Part shown: positions 45,396 through 53,701 of the stretch, piece by piece
How the letters are laid out: every line of letters starts with the position of its first letter
How positions within the stretch are numbered: position 1 is the first letter of the stretch
NCBI GenBank assembly: GCA_944326225.1
Contig: CALVDI010000006.1
Coordinates: forward strand, 1,981 to 65,980
Length of the DNA: 64,000 nt
Direction of reading: 5' to 3'
DNA from: an uncultured Bacteroidales bacterium
Lineage (GTDB): Bacteria > Bacteroidota > Bacteroidia > Bacteroidales > UBA932
Notes under the pieces: generated by a model
Seen by the model: only the letters and a program-made list of their open reading frames with translations
Databases searched by the model: none
What the model was told of the DNA's origin: nothing
Translations under genes and position numbers: made by a program

Positions 45396-48025
45396 AATTT
45401 TACCTGCACACCCAGCAGTATGTTAAGAGGGCGTATTTTGTATTCGAAATGTGTTATCTGCATAGGCTGTAGGCTGGTGTATGAGAAGTTACGTTGATCA
45501 GTGAGGTTCTTCGCGTGAATGAAAACCTGAATATCAGGATTGATATAGTACCACGCTGATGCATTTATGAAGTAAGCCGAGAAGTGTGTATCGGTGCCGT
45601 ATTTGTTTAGATAGAAGTCACATGACAGATCAATGTCAAGCTTGTCAAAAGGAAGCAAGGTAAATGTTATGTTGTGGTCTGTGGAATGATTTGCAATTAT
45701 ACTTTCTGATTTACCGATGACGTAAGTCGAATATTCGTAACTGCCGGAGTAGTTTATACCGAGCCATCGTGTAATGTTTCCTTTGTATTGGATACCGACA
45801 ACATAATAGGATCCAGTGTATTCGTTTTGGATGTTGTTCTGAGATATGGTTGAGTTCATTCGTGAGAAGTCGAAAGTTCCTGTCAGTTTACTGGCGGATT
45901 TAAAGAAAGTTTTTGATATCTCGGTGCTCGAACTGCCTATTACGTAGTTGCTGATGTTGTTGGACAGAACATTTACGATATAGTCGTCATTCAAAAAGTA
46001 CCGTGTCTGTTCAAAGTCTTTTCCGGCAGAGTATCTCCCTTTGCCTTTTATGAACCATCCTTTCAGCGGATCGCGGTACTCCAGCTCCATATTTATGCTG
46101 TATCCGGGAAGTTGTCCGAGATCAGTGCGCCCTTGAGTGAGATATTTGTAATCCTGCATAATCAGACCTGAGAATATCTGCTGTTCGTCTATGGCTGACA
46201 TGGTGTAGTCTGTCATGGCCTTGACTGTGAATCTCGGACCGAAGTCGTATTTCATTTCTATTGATGGATTGACAGCAAAGTTATGTTTGTCCGTATCATC
46301 TGATGTGAGTTTGTAATTGATGTACTGATACCATGCATCAATGTAAATATATGCACTAAATCTTCTTGCAGTGAAGTTGAGTGTCAGATATTCCTTAGGC
46401 TGCAGGTACTGAAGCACGGCATCGTTGCTGTAAGTCTCGGGCGGCAGGCCCAGATTCAGGCCGTTAAACCAGGTGATAAGATGACGGCGCATATACGGCA
46501 GTTCGGTTTGAGAACTGAGCCTGAACCATTTGACAGGATTATAGGTGTGGCTGTATTTGATGTTGTTGTAGAAATACTCACCCTGTATATCCTGGACAGC
46601 ATCTTCATTATCGCTGTCAGAGAGGATATTCATGTTTTCAGTCTGCTTTGTGTATTGTGTGAACATCTGCATGCCGAATCCTGATTTCTCAAGCCGTCTG
46701 AAAAACCGAAGATAATTAAGAACGTTGAGACCATTAATATCTGAGTCTTCTTTTTTTGATGCGGTTCCGGTAAGATTATTATTTGCATTGCTGCCGGAAA
46801 ATTCAATCTGAAAATTATTCCTTAAATAGAGTTTTTTTGTATTAAGTTCAGCTGTGATATTACCGTATCCCAGGTATGCTGCGGAGCATGTGTTGTTGTA
46901 TTCGGTAAATTCTGCAGATTTTCCATCATCAATCATAAATTTCTGGACAACTGAATTATATGAAGAGAGAACCTCGTGCTCGAATAGTCCGGATATACCT
47001 ATTTTAAGGTTTTTACGTTTCCCGATCGAAAATTTATTGTTTGTGGTTGCCGAGTAGCTGGTGTTGAAACGTGTTCTTTCATCCTGTATGGGGGCTGACA
47101 AGTGATATATGCCGGTGAAGAGTCGCGGAGTATAGCGTTCACTGAGTTCCACGTTACTCCAGTCAGTGGAGAGCCCTGTGCCGTCAAGCGTGGAGGTAAT
47201 GTCGTTCCCTGCGGCATCCGTCTTCAGTGTGTTGATGGTCTGGAATTTCCTGCTTATGTTCATAAGCATCCCGCCGGCGGAATATGGAACCCATGGCTCT
47301 TCTGTACTACCCCCTGCTTCAGCCTGCAGAGTCCCAATCCATTTTGCTCTGGAATCGTTTTTCAATATAATATCAATTGCTGCTTGGTCGCTTTCAACAA
47401 TGCCTTCCAATGCCCTGACCGGCTGATGATTCTCGTATATTTTCACTTCTTTTATATCCTTAGGACTGATATTTTTAGTGGCAATGTTGTAGCGGCCTTC
47501 CAGCAGATCGTTGCCTTCAATGTATAATTTATTGATAGGCCGTCCGTACGCTTTTACGAATCCTTCTCTGTCCACACTTATTCCCGGTAGTTTTGTCAGT
47601 ACGTCACCAAGTACACGATCATCATTTGAAACAAGTGTCGGAATATAGTATGTGATGGTGTCTCCTGTTTTTTTCACTTGTTCAGCCTTGATAATAGTTT
47701 CGTTTAGTGTGATAATGTCTTCCGTCAGTTGTATTTCCATATATTCTTCAAACGGAGGCAGAAGCCTATAGGGCTTATATCCCATTATCCTGGCCTCCAG
47801 CGTGGTGCTGTCAGTTTCTGCCGACTGTATGCGCAATGTGAATATTCCGTCGGAATCGGTGAAAGAGTATGAGACAGGTATGCCTTTAAAATTTTTCAGA
47901 ATGACAGTAACTCCTTCAATTGGTTTCATTGTTTTACTGTCCGTTATTCTGCCTTTGATTTCGTCAGCAGATGCACTGATTGATAATGCGAGGAGTATAA
48001 TAATGGAGAATAGTCTTATTTTCAT
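45392..48025 (-). CDS. CarboxypepD_reg-domain outer-membrane beta-barrel (TonB-dependent-receptor-like)
   Basis: Signal peptide. IKGRITDSKTMKPIEGVTVILKN...DSDGIFTL, plug-like region, long beta-barrel ending ...GVQVKF. Confidence 0.75.
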   Translation of the reverse strand: MKIRLFSIIILLALSISASADEIKGRITDSKTMKPIEGVTVILKNFKGIPVSYSFTDSDGIFTLRIQSAETDSTTLEARIMGYKPYRLLPPFEEYMEIQLTEDIITLNETIIKAEQVKKTGDTITYYIPTLVSNDDRVLGDVLTKLPGISVDREGFVKAYGRPINKLYIEGNDLLEGRYNIATKNISPKDIKEVKIYENHQPVRALEGIVESDQAAIDIILKNDSRAKWIGTLQAEAGGSTEEPWVPYSAGGMLMNISRKFQTINTLKTDAAGNDITSTLDGTGLSTDWSNVELSERYTPRLFTGIYHLSAPIQDERTRFNTSYSATTNNKFSIGKRKNLKIGISGLFEHEVLSSYNSVVQKFMIDDGKSAEFTEYNNTCSAAYLGYGNITAELNTKKLYLRNNFQIEFSGSNANNNLTGTASKKEDSDINGLNVLNYLRFFRRLEKSGFGMQMFTQYTKQTENMNILSDSDNEDAVQDIQGEYFYNNIKYSHTYNPVKWFRLSSQTELPYMRRHLITWFNGLNLGLPPETYSNDAVLQYLQPKEYLTLNFTARRFSAYIYIDAWYQYINYKLTSDDTDKHNFAVNPSIEMKYDFGPRFTVKAMTDYTMSAIDEQQIFSGLIMQDYKYLTQGRTDLGQLPGYSINMELEYRDPLKGWFIKGKGRYSAGKDFEQTRYFLNDDYIVNVLSNNISNYVIGSSSTEISKTFFKSASKLTGTFDFSRMNSTISQNNIQNEYTGSYYVVGIQYKGNITRWLGINYSGSYEYSTYVIGKSESIIANHSTDHNITFTLLPFDKLDIDLSCDFYLNKYGTDTHFSAYFINASAWYYINPDIQVFIHAKNLTDQRNFSYTSLQPMQITHFEYKIRPLNILLGVQVKF

Positions 48026-48039
48026 TATGTTTCCGCGGA

Positions 48040-48726
48040 TTATTTGTAAGAAATAATGAACTCTTCAGGAAGAAAGCCCCAGCTGCGGCTGTCATAGGAC
48101 TGTGTCATGTTGTCTCCGCATACAAAATAGTAATCATGAGTGAATACGTGGATACTGTCCATGCGGGGTATACTGTCGTTTTCGTACTCAAAATCTATGA
48201 TTTTATTGTAAATATGCCATAAATGGTGGTCTCTCTTATACAGAGTGTCGCCTTTTTTCGGTATGTAAATCCAAGACATATTGAGTAGATCATCGTCACT
48301 GGAATAGCTGTTGTTAGTTATGACAGAATAGAATAATGGTGACGGATTGAGTGGCGCAGGTATCTGCCTGCAATGATATGTGGAGATGCCTGTCCGTCTG
48401 TTTAAGACAACACCATTGTCTATGCGTAGAGAATCTCCAGGGCCGGCGATACATCTTTTTATAAGCAGGTGATTGGTGTCGGGGGAAATAGTGGGCTTGT
48501 AGTCTTTGTACGGAAAATAGAAGATGACAACTTTGTCTGTAAGATTTTTTCTCCTTCCTTGCTTCAATCTGTAGGCCAGGATTTTATCTCCATCTTCAAG
48601 ATAAGGAGACATAGAACTGTCATGGATTCTGTATATGTCAAACTTGCATGATCCGATTATCATCAAGATTATAACGGCAGCTGCAGATACTGCAGTTGCA
48701 ACTCTATTTAATGTTCCACGATGCAT
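48040..48726 (-). CDS. S26 family signal peptidase I (accessory copy)
   Basis: N-terminal TM. SSMSP (Ser box), IKRCIAGPGD (Lys box), GDNMTQSYDSRSWG (box E): all catalytic motifs intact. Confidence 0.8.
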   Translation of the reverse strand: MHRGTLNRVATAVSAAAVIILMIIGSCKFDIYRIHDSSMSPYLEDGDKILAYRLKQGRRKNLTDKVVIFYFPYKDYKPTISPDTNHLLIKRCIAGPGDSLRIDNGVVLNRRTGISTYHCRQIPAPLNPSPLFYSVITNNSYSSDDDLLNMSWIYIPKKGDTLYKRDHHLWHIYNKIIDFEYENDSIPRMDSIHVFTHDYYFVCGDNMTQSYDSRSWGFLPEEFIISYK

Positions 48727-49198
48727 AATTGATTATTCTACCGTTGTAGACAAGGTATATTCCGTCTTGGGAATAAGTCTCCTCCGGTATGAATATAGTT
48801 GTTATATTTTCAGTCAGTTCATTTATATCTTCTTTTTCCATATAATATCTGAAAACTTCTTCTCCGCCTTTTACAAGAAGTAACTTGAACTCTTTGTCGT
48901 TGTGCATATCATAGTAGGTGCGTATAAAGTCAAATGCATCGGCTATGCAGAAAGAGCAGTCACCTGTTGCGACATATGCGATATATGGTTCTTCTGATTC
49001 TATATTGGCGGCAGCCGTTCTCCAAAGAGTGTCTGTACGTACCATTTTCTGTATGGGGATACATTCTATGTCGTAGATAAAGGAAACGGCATTGATTGTT
49101 TTATGTTTTTTAGCTGTTTGGATATCAGTGCAGCCGTTAATGGCGGACAGACATCCGTGGCTGAAAAGCATGATGAGAATAATCAGTACTTTATACAT
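48704..49198 (-). CDS. Secreted thioredoxin-fold-like protein with a CxxC motif
   Basis: Signal peptide; ...YIAYVATGDCSFCIADA... places CxxC after a beta-strand, as in TlpA/DsbE-type proteins. Confidence 0.5.
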   Translation of the reverse strand: MYKVLIILIMLFSHGCLSAINGCTDIQTAKKHKTINAVSFIYDIECIPIQKMVRTDTLWRTAAANIESEEPYIAYVATGDCSFCIADAFDFIRTYYDMHNDKEFKLLLVKGGEEVFRYYMEKEDINELTENITTIFIPEETYSQDGIYLVYNGRIINYASWNIK

Positions 49199-49199
49199 A

Positions 49200-50099
49200 T
49201 TATAAATCCGTCTCAATAAAGTCGTTGCCTAAAGGAGTGAAAGAGGCATAGCTCTCTGGAGTGTTCTCAACAAAAACAGCAGAGTTGACAAGGTAGACCT
49301 CACTGGCGACCCAGTATCTTGTCTCGTGAAGAATCTTTGCCTCCATATATTTCTTCCGGCTAGTTTTGAGATACAGGTAATCCGGCAGATAGATGTCACC
49401 TTCGGTAAAATAAATATTGTCCAGTGTAAACCTGTAGTATCCGTCTTTATCGGATACAGATATGATTAGCCCCGGAAGACCGTGGAATTTCCAGGGCCCG
49501 GCCTGGGAGGGAATCTCTGTCGTGAACCATGCGGTATAGTCTCTGCCCCTGAAAGTGCATGTAGCCATTACGGCATTGTATCCGGCTATTATTTTAGTAC
49601 TGTCTTGGATAGACCATTCGATATTCATGGATTTTTCTTTATACAGAAAGTCCTGAGTGATTATCCTGCCTGTACAAGTCCATTCGTCATTTTGAAGATT
49701 GTGTATGAAGGTCTCATAGAAAGTCAGCAGACCCACTTTTGAGCCGGCTATTTTCTTATTACCAAGATAACTGGATACGATACCATGACGAACCAGTGAG
49801 TCTGTCTCAAAGAACAGCCGGTTGTAGTACTTGGTGTAGGTTCTGCCGATTTCCAATGTGGCTTGCCCTTCTTCTGTTGCTCCTGTCAAAGTGTCTTTGA
49901 CAAAAGCATAGGAATATCCTGCTCTCATGATAATCCTGTCAAGAGAATCGGCCGGATAGATTTTACTGTCCATAAACAGGACGCTCTCGTATTGGCCGGG
50001 AATGTCACTGTCCATGAAAATCATTGTACTCTGAGCCTTGACTTGCAATATGCAGCAACAGATAACGATGATTAAGACAAAGAATGGCTTGTAGCTCAT
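49200..50099 (-). CDS. GLPGLI family protein
   Basis: Signal peptide and the eponymous motif WKFHGLPGLIISV. Confidence 0.8.
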   Translation of the reverse strand: MSYKPFFVLIIVICCCILQVKAQSTMIFMDSDIPGQYESVLFMDSKIYPADSLDRIIMRAGYSYAFVKDTLTGATEEGQATLEIGRTYTKYYNRLFFETDSLVRHGIVSSYLGNKKIAGSKVGLLTFYETFIHNLQNDEWTCTGRIITQDFLYKEKSMNIEWSIQDSTKIIAGYNAVMATCTFRGRDYTAWFTTEIPSQAGPWKFHGLPGLIISVSDKDGYYRFTLDNIYFTEGDIYLPDYLYLKTSRKKYMEAKILHETRYWVASEVYLVNSAVFVENTPESYASFTPLGNDFIETDL

Positions 50100-51154
50100 T
50101 ATATGGCGAATCTTGTTAATCGCGTAATGCCGTTATTGTCGGTTACTGCGGCATAGATATATCCGTCAGAGTAGGTCATATAGTAATAAATAACCCCGTT
50201 TATTCTATATGCTCCCTTATAGTTGCCATCCCAATCAAAATTGATGAGGTAAGTGTAGAGACTGTCGCTGTCATCACTCATCCCAAGGTATGCCGCATAT
50301 ACATCAGACCCATCGCTGCATGCGCATAAATATGTGTTGCAGAAACCTCCTGACTGCATAGGAATATTGTTTTCGTCAATATTCTTAGGAAATGTAAAGA
50401 CAGGCTGTACATTGTCCGGTCCCGTAATCTTTCTTATAATATTCAGGGAATAATCGTACACTTCAAGCAAGTCGTCAAATCTGTCGAAATAGAGTATCCT
50501 GTCTTTTTCCTTGTTGGAAATCAAGATGCCGGCAGAAATATTCAGTGTCAAGTATTTTCCGTCTTCCCAACCGGGAGTGAAGCCAGGACCGGTAACAAGA
50601 AATTTATCTCCGGCTTCTTGTTTGCTTACTCTTTGGTCATCCGTCCAGTACGGGCTTAAATAGAGGAGTCTGTCCTTGTAGGGCATTATCTGGTTTGTCC
50701 AGAAATCTATCCCGATAACGTCAGGACTGTATCCGCTGTCACTGATTGCACGCCTGAGGTCAACAATAGTGATGCAGTCCTTTATCACGTCGTGCAATAT
50801 AAGTGTATCACCATGAATATAGGGTTGTGCTGAAAGGAGTTGTCCTTGTCCTCTGCCGAACTCTACCGCTGTGTAGATAGGCTCTGCGTTGTTGAATGTG
50901 TATATTTTCAGAAGTTTGTCGCCAGGAGTTTCAGAAGATACGTTTATACAGATTATGCAGCTGTCATTGTATGTCAGCATAAACGGTGCGTCAAGAGTGT
51001 CATACTTAAAGCCGGTGCGTACAGGCTCGGAGGCCAATTCCTTAGCGGAAAGTTTGATTTCCTGTGGAATGGCTGTCGTATCGATGTCTTTTGCAAAAGA
51101 GCATCGGCACAATACCGCAAGGACGCATACTGCGGTAATAAAGTACCTGTTCAT
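50099..51154 (-). CDS. Secreted beta-propeller protein (BF3164 / 6-bladed TolB-like type)
   Basis: Signal peptide. Repeated hydrophobic-strand/Asp-Gly pattern resembling Bacteroidales 6-bladed propeller lipoproteins (recall only). Stop overlaps the next start (TAATG). Confidence 0.55.
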   Translation of the reverse strand: MNRYFITAVCVLAVLCRCSFAKDIDTTAIPQEIKLSAKELASEPVRTGFKYDTLDAPFMLTYNDSCIICINVSSETPGDKLLKIYTFNNAEPIYTAVEFGRGQGQLLSAQPYIHGDTLILHDVIKDCITIVDLRRAISDSGYSPDVIGIDFWTNQIMPYKDRLLYLSPYWTDDQRVSKQEAGDKFLVTGPGFTPGWEDGKYLTLNISAGILISNKEKDRILYFDRFDDLLEVYDYSLNIIRKITGPDNVQPVFTFPKNIDENNIPMQSGGFCNTYLCACSDGSDVYAAYLGMSDDSDSLYTYLINFDWDGNYKGAYRINGVIYYYMTYSDGYIYAAVTDNNGITRLTRFAI

Positions 51155-51186
51155 AAGATTGTTATGTTTGAAATTTCTTATTCGGT

Positions 51187-51462
51187 TCAGTTTTCAGTAT
51201 TACCGCCAAGACCTGGTGTGCCGCCGTTCTCATTTTTCGGTTCAGCCTTACCGTAGCATTTGAATGTTGAGCCACTGGTTGTAACCCCTTTCATGCAGGT
51301 CAGGACTTTCCCTTTGCAGACATAGTCAGTACCGTCCATTGTAAATGAACAGATCTCAGCCTGAACGTTTCGTATGTTGTTAATCTTGCTGATTGTTGTC
51401 AATACTGCGCCGGCAGTAATTGCAAATGCGATGATGATTGCAGTGGCACTGTTTTTTTTCAT
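51187..51462 (-). CDS. Signal-anchored 4-Cys peptide precursor (NVEALA-like leader)
   Basis: MKKNSATAIIIAFAITAGAVLTTISKINNIRNVQA then EICSF...VCKG...TCMKG...KCYG... and a Gly/Asn-rich tail. First gene of the operon. Confidence 0.6.
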   Translation of the reverse strand: MKKNSATAIIIAFAITAGAVLTTISKINNIRNVQAEICSFTMDGTDYVCKGKVLTCMKGVTTSGSTFKCYGKAEPKNENGGTPGLGGNTEN

Positions 51463-51564
51463 TGTGATTGGTTTTAAAAAGTTAAACATATCGTAAAGAT
51501 ATACATAAAAAAACTAAAAAGCAAGTATTGGCAGTAAAAGATTGTTTGATTTGGAAAATTTATT

Positions 51565-51572
51565 TACCTTTG
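51565..51572 (+). promoter_or_regulatory. -7 box (TACCTTTG) for greA
   Basis: Exact TAnnTTTG 71 nt upstream of the greA ATG, far longer than the 4-39 nt at the other plain -7 boxes (only the 84-nt P190 leader is comparable). Confidence 0.5.
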
Positions 51573-51580
51573 CAAAAGAA

Positions 51581-51611
51581 AGAGTCCTGCTCAGGTGCGG
51601 GATTCTTTTTT
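51581..51611 (+). terminator. Intrinsic-terminator-like hairpin in the greA leader (attenuator)
   Basis: 10-bp stem (AGAGTCCTGC / GCGGGATTCT, with two G-U pairs), 6-nt loop, then TTTTTATATTTTAT. Confidence 0.55.
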
Positions 51612-51643
51612 ATATTTTATAAACTCATAAGCAAGATTGTATC

Positions 51644-52114
51644 ATGTCCGAGATTCATTATGTAACATCAGAAGGTCTTGATAAACTCAAGGCCGAACTG
51701 GCAGAGGCTATAAGCCAGAGACCTGTAATATCCAGACAGATTGCCGAGGCAAGGGATAAGGGAGACCTCTCCGAGAATGCAGAGTACGACGCCGCCAAGG
51801 AGGCCCAGGGACTGTTGGAGCTCAAGATATCCAAGCTGGAGAATCTGGTGGCCAATGCCCGCGTAATCGACGAGTCCAAGATCAATACCGACCATGTGCA
51901 GATGCTTACGAAGGTGACCCTCAAGAACCTGCTCAACAACACCACGGTCCAGTACACGCTGGTGGGAGAGAGCGAGGCCAATTTCCGTGAGGGGAAGCTG
52001 GCGGCCGGTACTCCGATAGGCAAAGCCCTTATAGGCAGGCGGAAAGGTGATGTCGTGGAGGTGAAGGTGCCTTCAGGAGTCCTCAAGTTTGAAATTCTCG
52101 ATATCTCACTCTAA
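51644..52114 (+). CDS. greA: Transcription elongation factor GreA
   Basis: 156 aa. ...AEARDKGDLSENAEYDAAKE... coiled-coil tip with the acidic residues. Confidence 0.95.
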   Translation: MSEIHYVTSEGLDKLKAELAEAISQRPVISRQIAEARDKGDLSENAEYDAAKEAQGLLELKISKLENLVANARVIDESKINTDHVQMLTKVTLKNLLNNTTVQYTLVGESEANFREGKLAAGTPIGKALIGRRKGDVVEVKVPSGVLKFEILDISL

Positions 52115-52125
52115 AGCATATAGTC

Positions 52126-52527
52126 ATGTCATCTGTTTTTACCAGAATAGTCAACGGGGAGATTCCTTCCTACAAGGTGGCCGAGACGGAGCACTGCTAC
52201 GCGTTTCTGGATATCAATCCGCTGAAGGAGGGACATACTCTGGTCATCCCCAAGAAGGAGGTCGATTATCTCTTTGATCTGGACGAGGCGCTTTATTCTG
52301 AGCTGATGCTTTTCGCCCGTAAGGTGGCTGCCGCTGTACGGGCCGCCGTGCCCTGCAAAAGGGTAGGCGTGGCTGTACTCGGTATGGAAGTACCTCATGC
52401 CCACATCCATCTTGTACCGCTGGATACAGAAGGGGATCTGGACTTCAGAAAGCAGAAACTGGAACTTACGCCCGAGCGTTTCAAGGAGATATCCGCATCC
52501 ATAGCCGCAGAATATGCAAAACTCTGA
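52126..52527 (+). CDS. HIT family (histidine triad) protein
   Basis: HAHIHLVP histidine triad. Confidence 0.9.
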   Translation: MSSVFTRIVNGEIPSYKVAETEHCYAFLDINPLKEGHTLVIPKKEVDYLFDLDEALYSELMLFARKVAAAVRAAVPCKRVGVAVLGMEVPHAHIHLVPLDTEGDLDFRKQKLELTPERFKEISASIAAEYAKL

Positions 52528-52531
52528 GTCT

Positions 52532-53701
52532 ATGAGATCGAAGTACTACTGGATTGGTATGTTCACCCTGCCGTTGTTCGTGGCTCTTATGACGATGTGC
52601 GGAGACAGGGATACAGCGCGTATAAGTCTTACAGTAAAAGGTGCTCCCGACAGTACTCAGGTAGTGGTCTCACGCTTGGCATTGAATCAGATGCAGGTAC
52701 TGGATACAGTCTGCACCGTCGGGGGGAAGGCGGAGTGCCGTGTGACGGTCAATCCGGGTTCTCCCGAGTTCATATATCTGACTTTTGGCAGTGACGGCGT
52801 GGTCTCCCTGCTTCTGCAGGGCAGGGACAGGGTAAGCGTTGCGGCGGACTGGTCCCGGCCGTCGGTCGTGTCGATTGATGGTTCCGAGGAGTCGGTGCTT
52901 ATGCAGGAGGTGAATGACGGCATCCGGACTTTCAATCACAAGTTCGATTCCCTGTTCGCGGAGATGTCTTCGGCCGAGGCGGAGGAAGATGTAGACAGAA
53001 GTTCCGCTCTCAGGCGCGAACTCGGATTGCTGTATGTGAGGCACAAGCAGGATGCCCTGCAGTATGTGCTGCGGCATAGGGGCTCGATGACGGTAATCCC
53101 GGTGCTGTATCAGGTGGCTCCGAACGGACAGTGGATATTCTCTGAAATGACCGACGCTCTTGTCATGGAGCAGGTGTATGATACTCTGCATACGCTTTAT
53201 CCTGTCTCGCCGTATCTGGCCGCTCTGGCCGACGAGGTCCAGTCAAGGCGCAATGTCATGGATATGGGCAATATTCTTTCGGATGCGGAGGAAGTGGATT
53301 TTCCGGAGATAGCCCTGGCCGATGTGAACGGAGAAATGCGGAGTCTGACAGCCCTCAAGGGCAGGGTGGTCGTGCTGTATTTTTGGGACCCCTCGGTGAT
53401 GGAGCAGCGTATCTTCAATGTCGGGCTGAAAGAACTTTATGAGAAGTACAGTGGCCGTGGCCTGGAGATATACCAGGTGGCCGTGACCCAGGACAAGACT
53501 GCGTGGGCCATGCAGGTCAAGGAACAGGAACTGCCGTGGATCAGTGTCTGCGATCCTTCCGGAGCGTCGTCAGCGGCGGTAGTGATGTACAATGTGTCAC
53601 AGTTGCCGGCCATGTACGTTATCTCCAGAGACGGAGTGATAACGGCCAGAGACCTGTTTGAGACTGATAAGCTGGGACAGGAAATCAGCCGTCTGTTATG
53701 A
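52532..53701 (+). CDS. TlpA/AhpC-like thioredoxin-fold protein lacking the CxxC motif
   Basis: C-terminal VVVLYFWDPSVMEQRIFN sits where FWASWCGPC is expected. N-terminal TM/lipoprotein-like anchor. Confidence 0.6.
   Translation: MRSKYYWIGMFTLPLFVALMTMCGDRDTARISLTVKGAPDSTQVVVSRLALNQMQVLDTVCTVGGKAECRVTVNPGSPEFIYLTFGSDGVVSLLLQGRDRVSVAADWSRPSVVSIDGSEESVLMQEVNDGIRTFNHKFDSLFAEMSSAEAEEDVDRSSALRRELGLLYVRHKQDALQYVLRHRGSMTVIPVLYQVAPNGQWIFSEMTDALVMEQVYDTLHTLYPVSPYLAALADEVQSRRNVMDMGNILSDAEEVDFPEIALADVNGEMRSLTALKGRVVVLYFWDPSVMEQRIFNVGLKELYEKYSGRGLEIYQVAVTQDKTAWAMQVKEQELPWISVCDPSGASSAAVVMYNVSQLPAMYVISRDGVITARDLFETDKLGQEISRLL

Larger units (their letters stand above)
45392..51560. other. Low-GC genomic island (six co-directional minus-strand genes)
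   Basis: Hand GC counts on four 60-nt lines inside give 40-42%, against about 60% at 44101 and 50-52% at 52201/53401. The composition changes at the convergent stop at 45392-45395. Confidence 0.7.
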
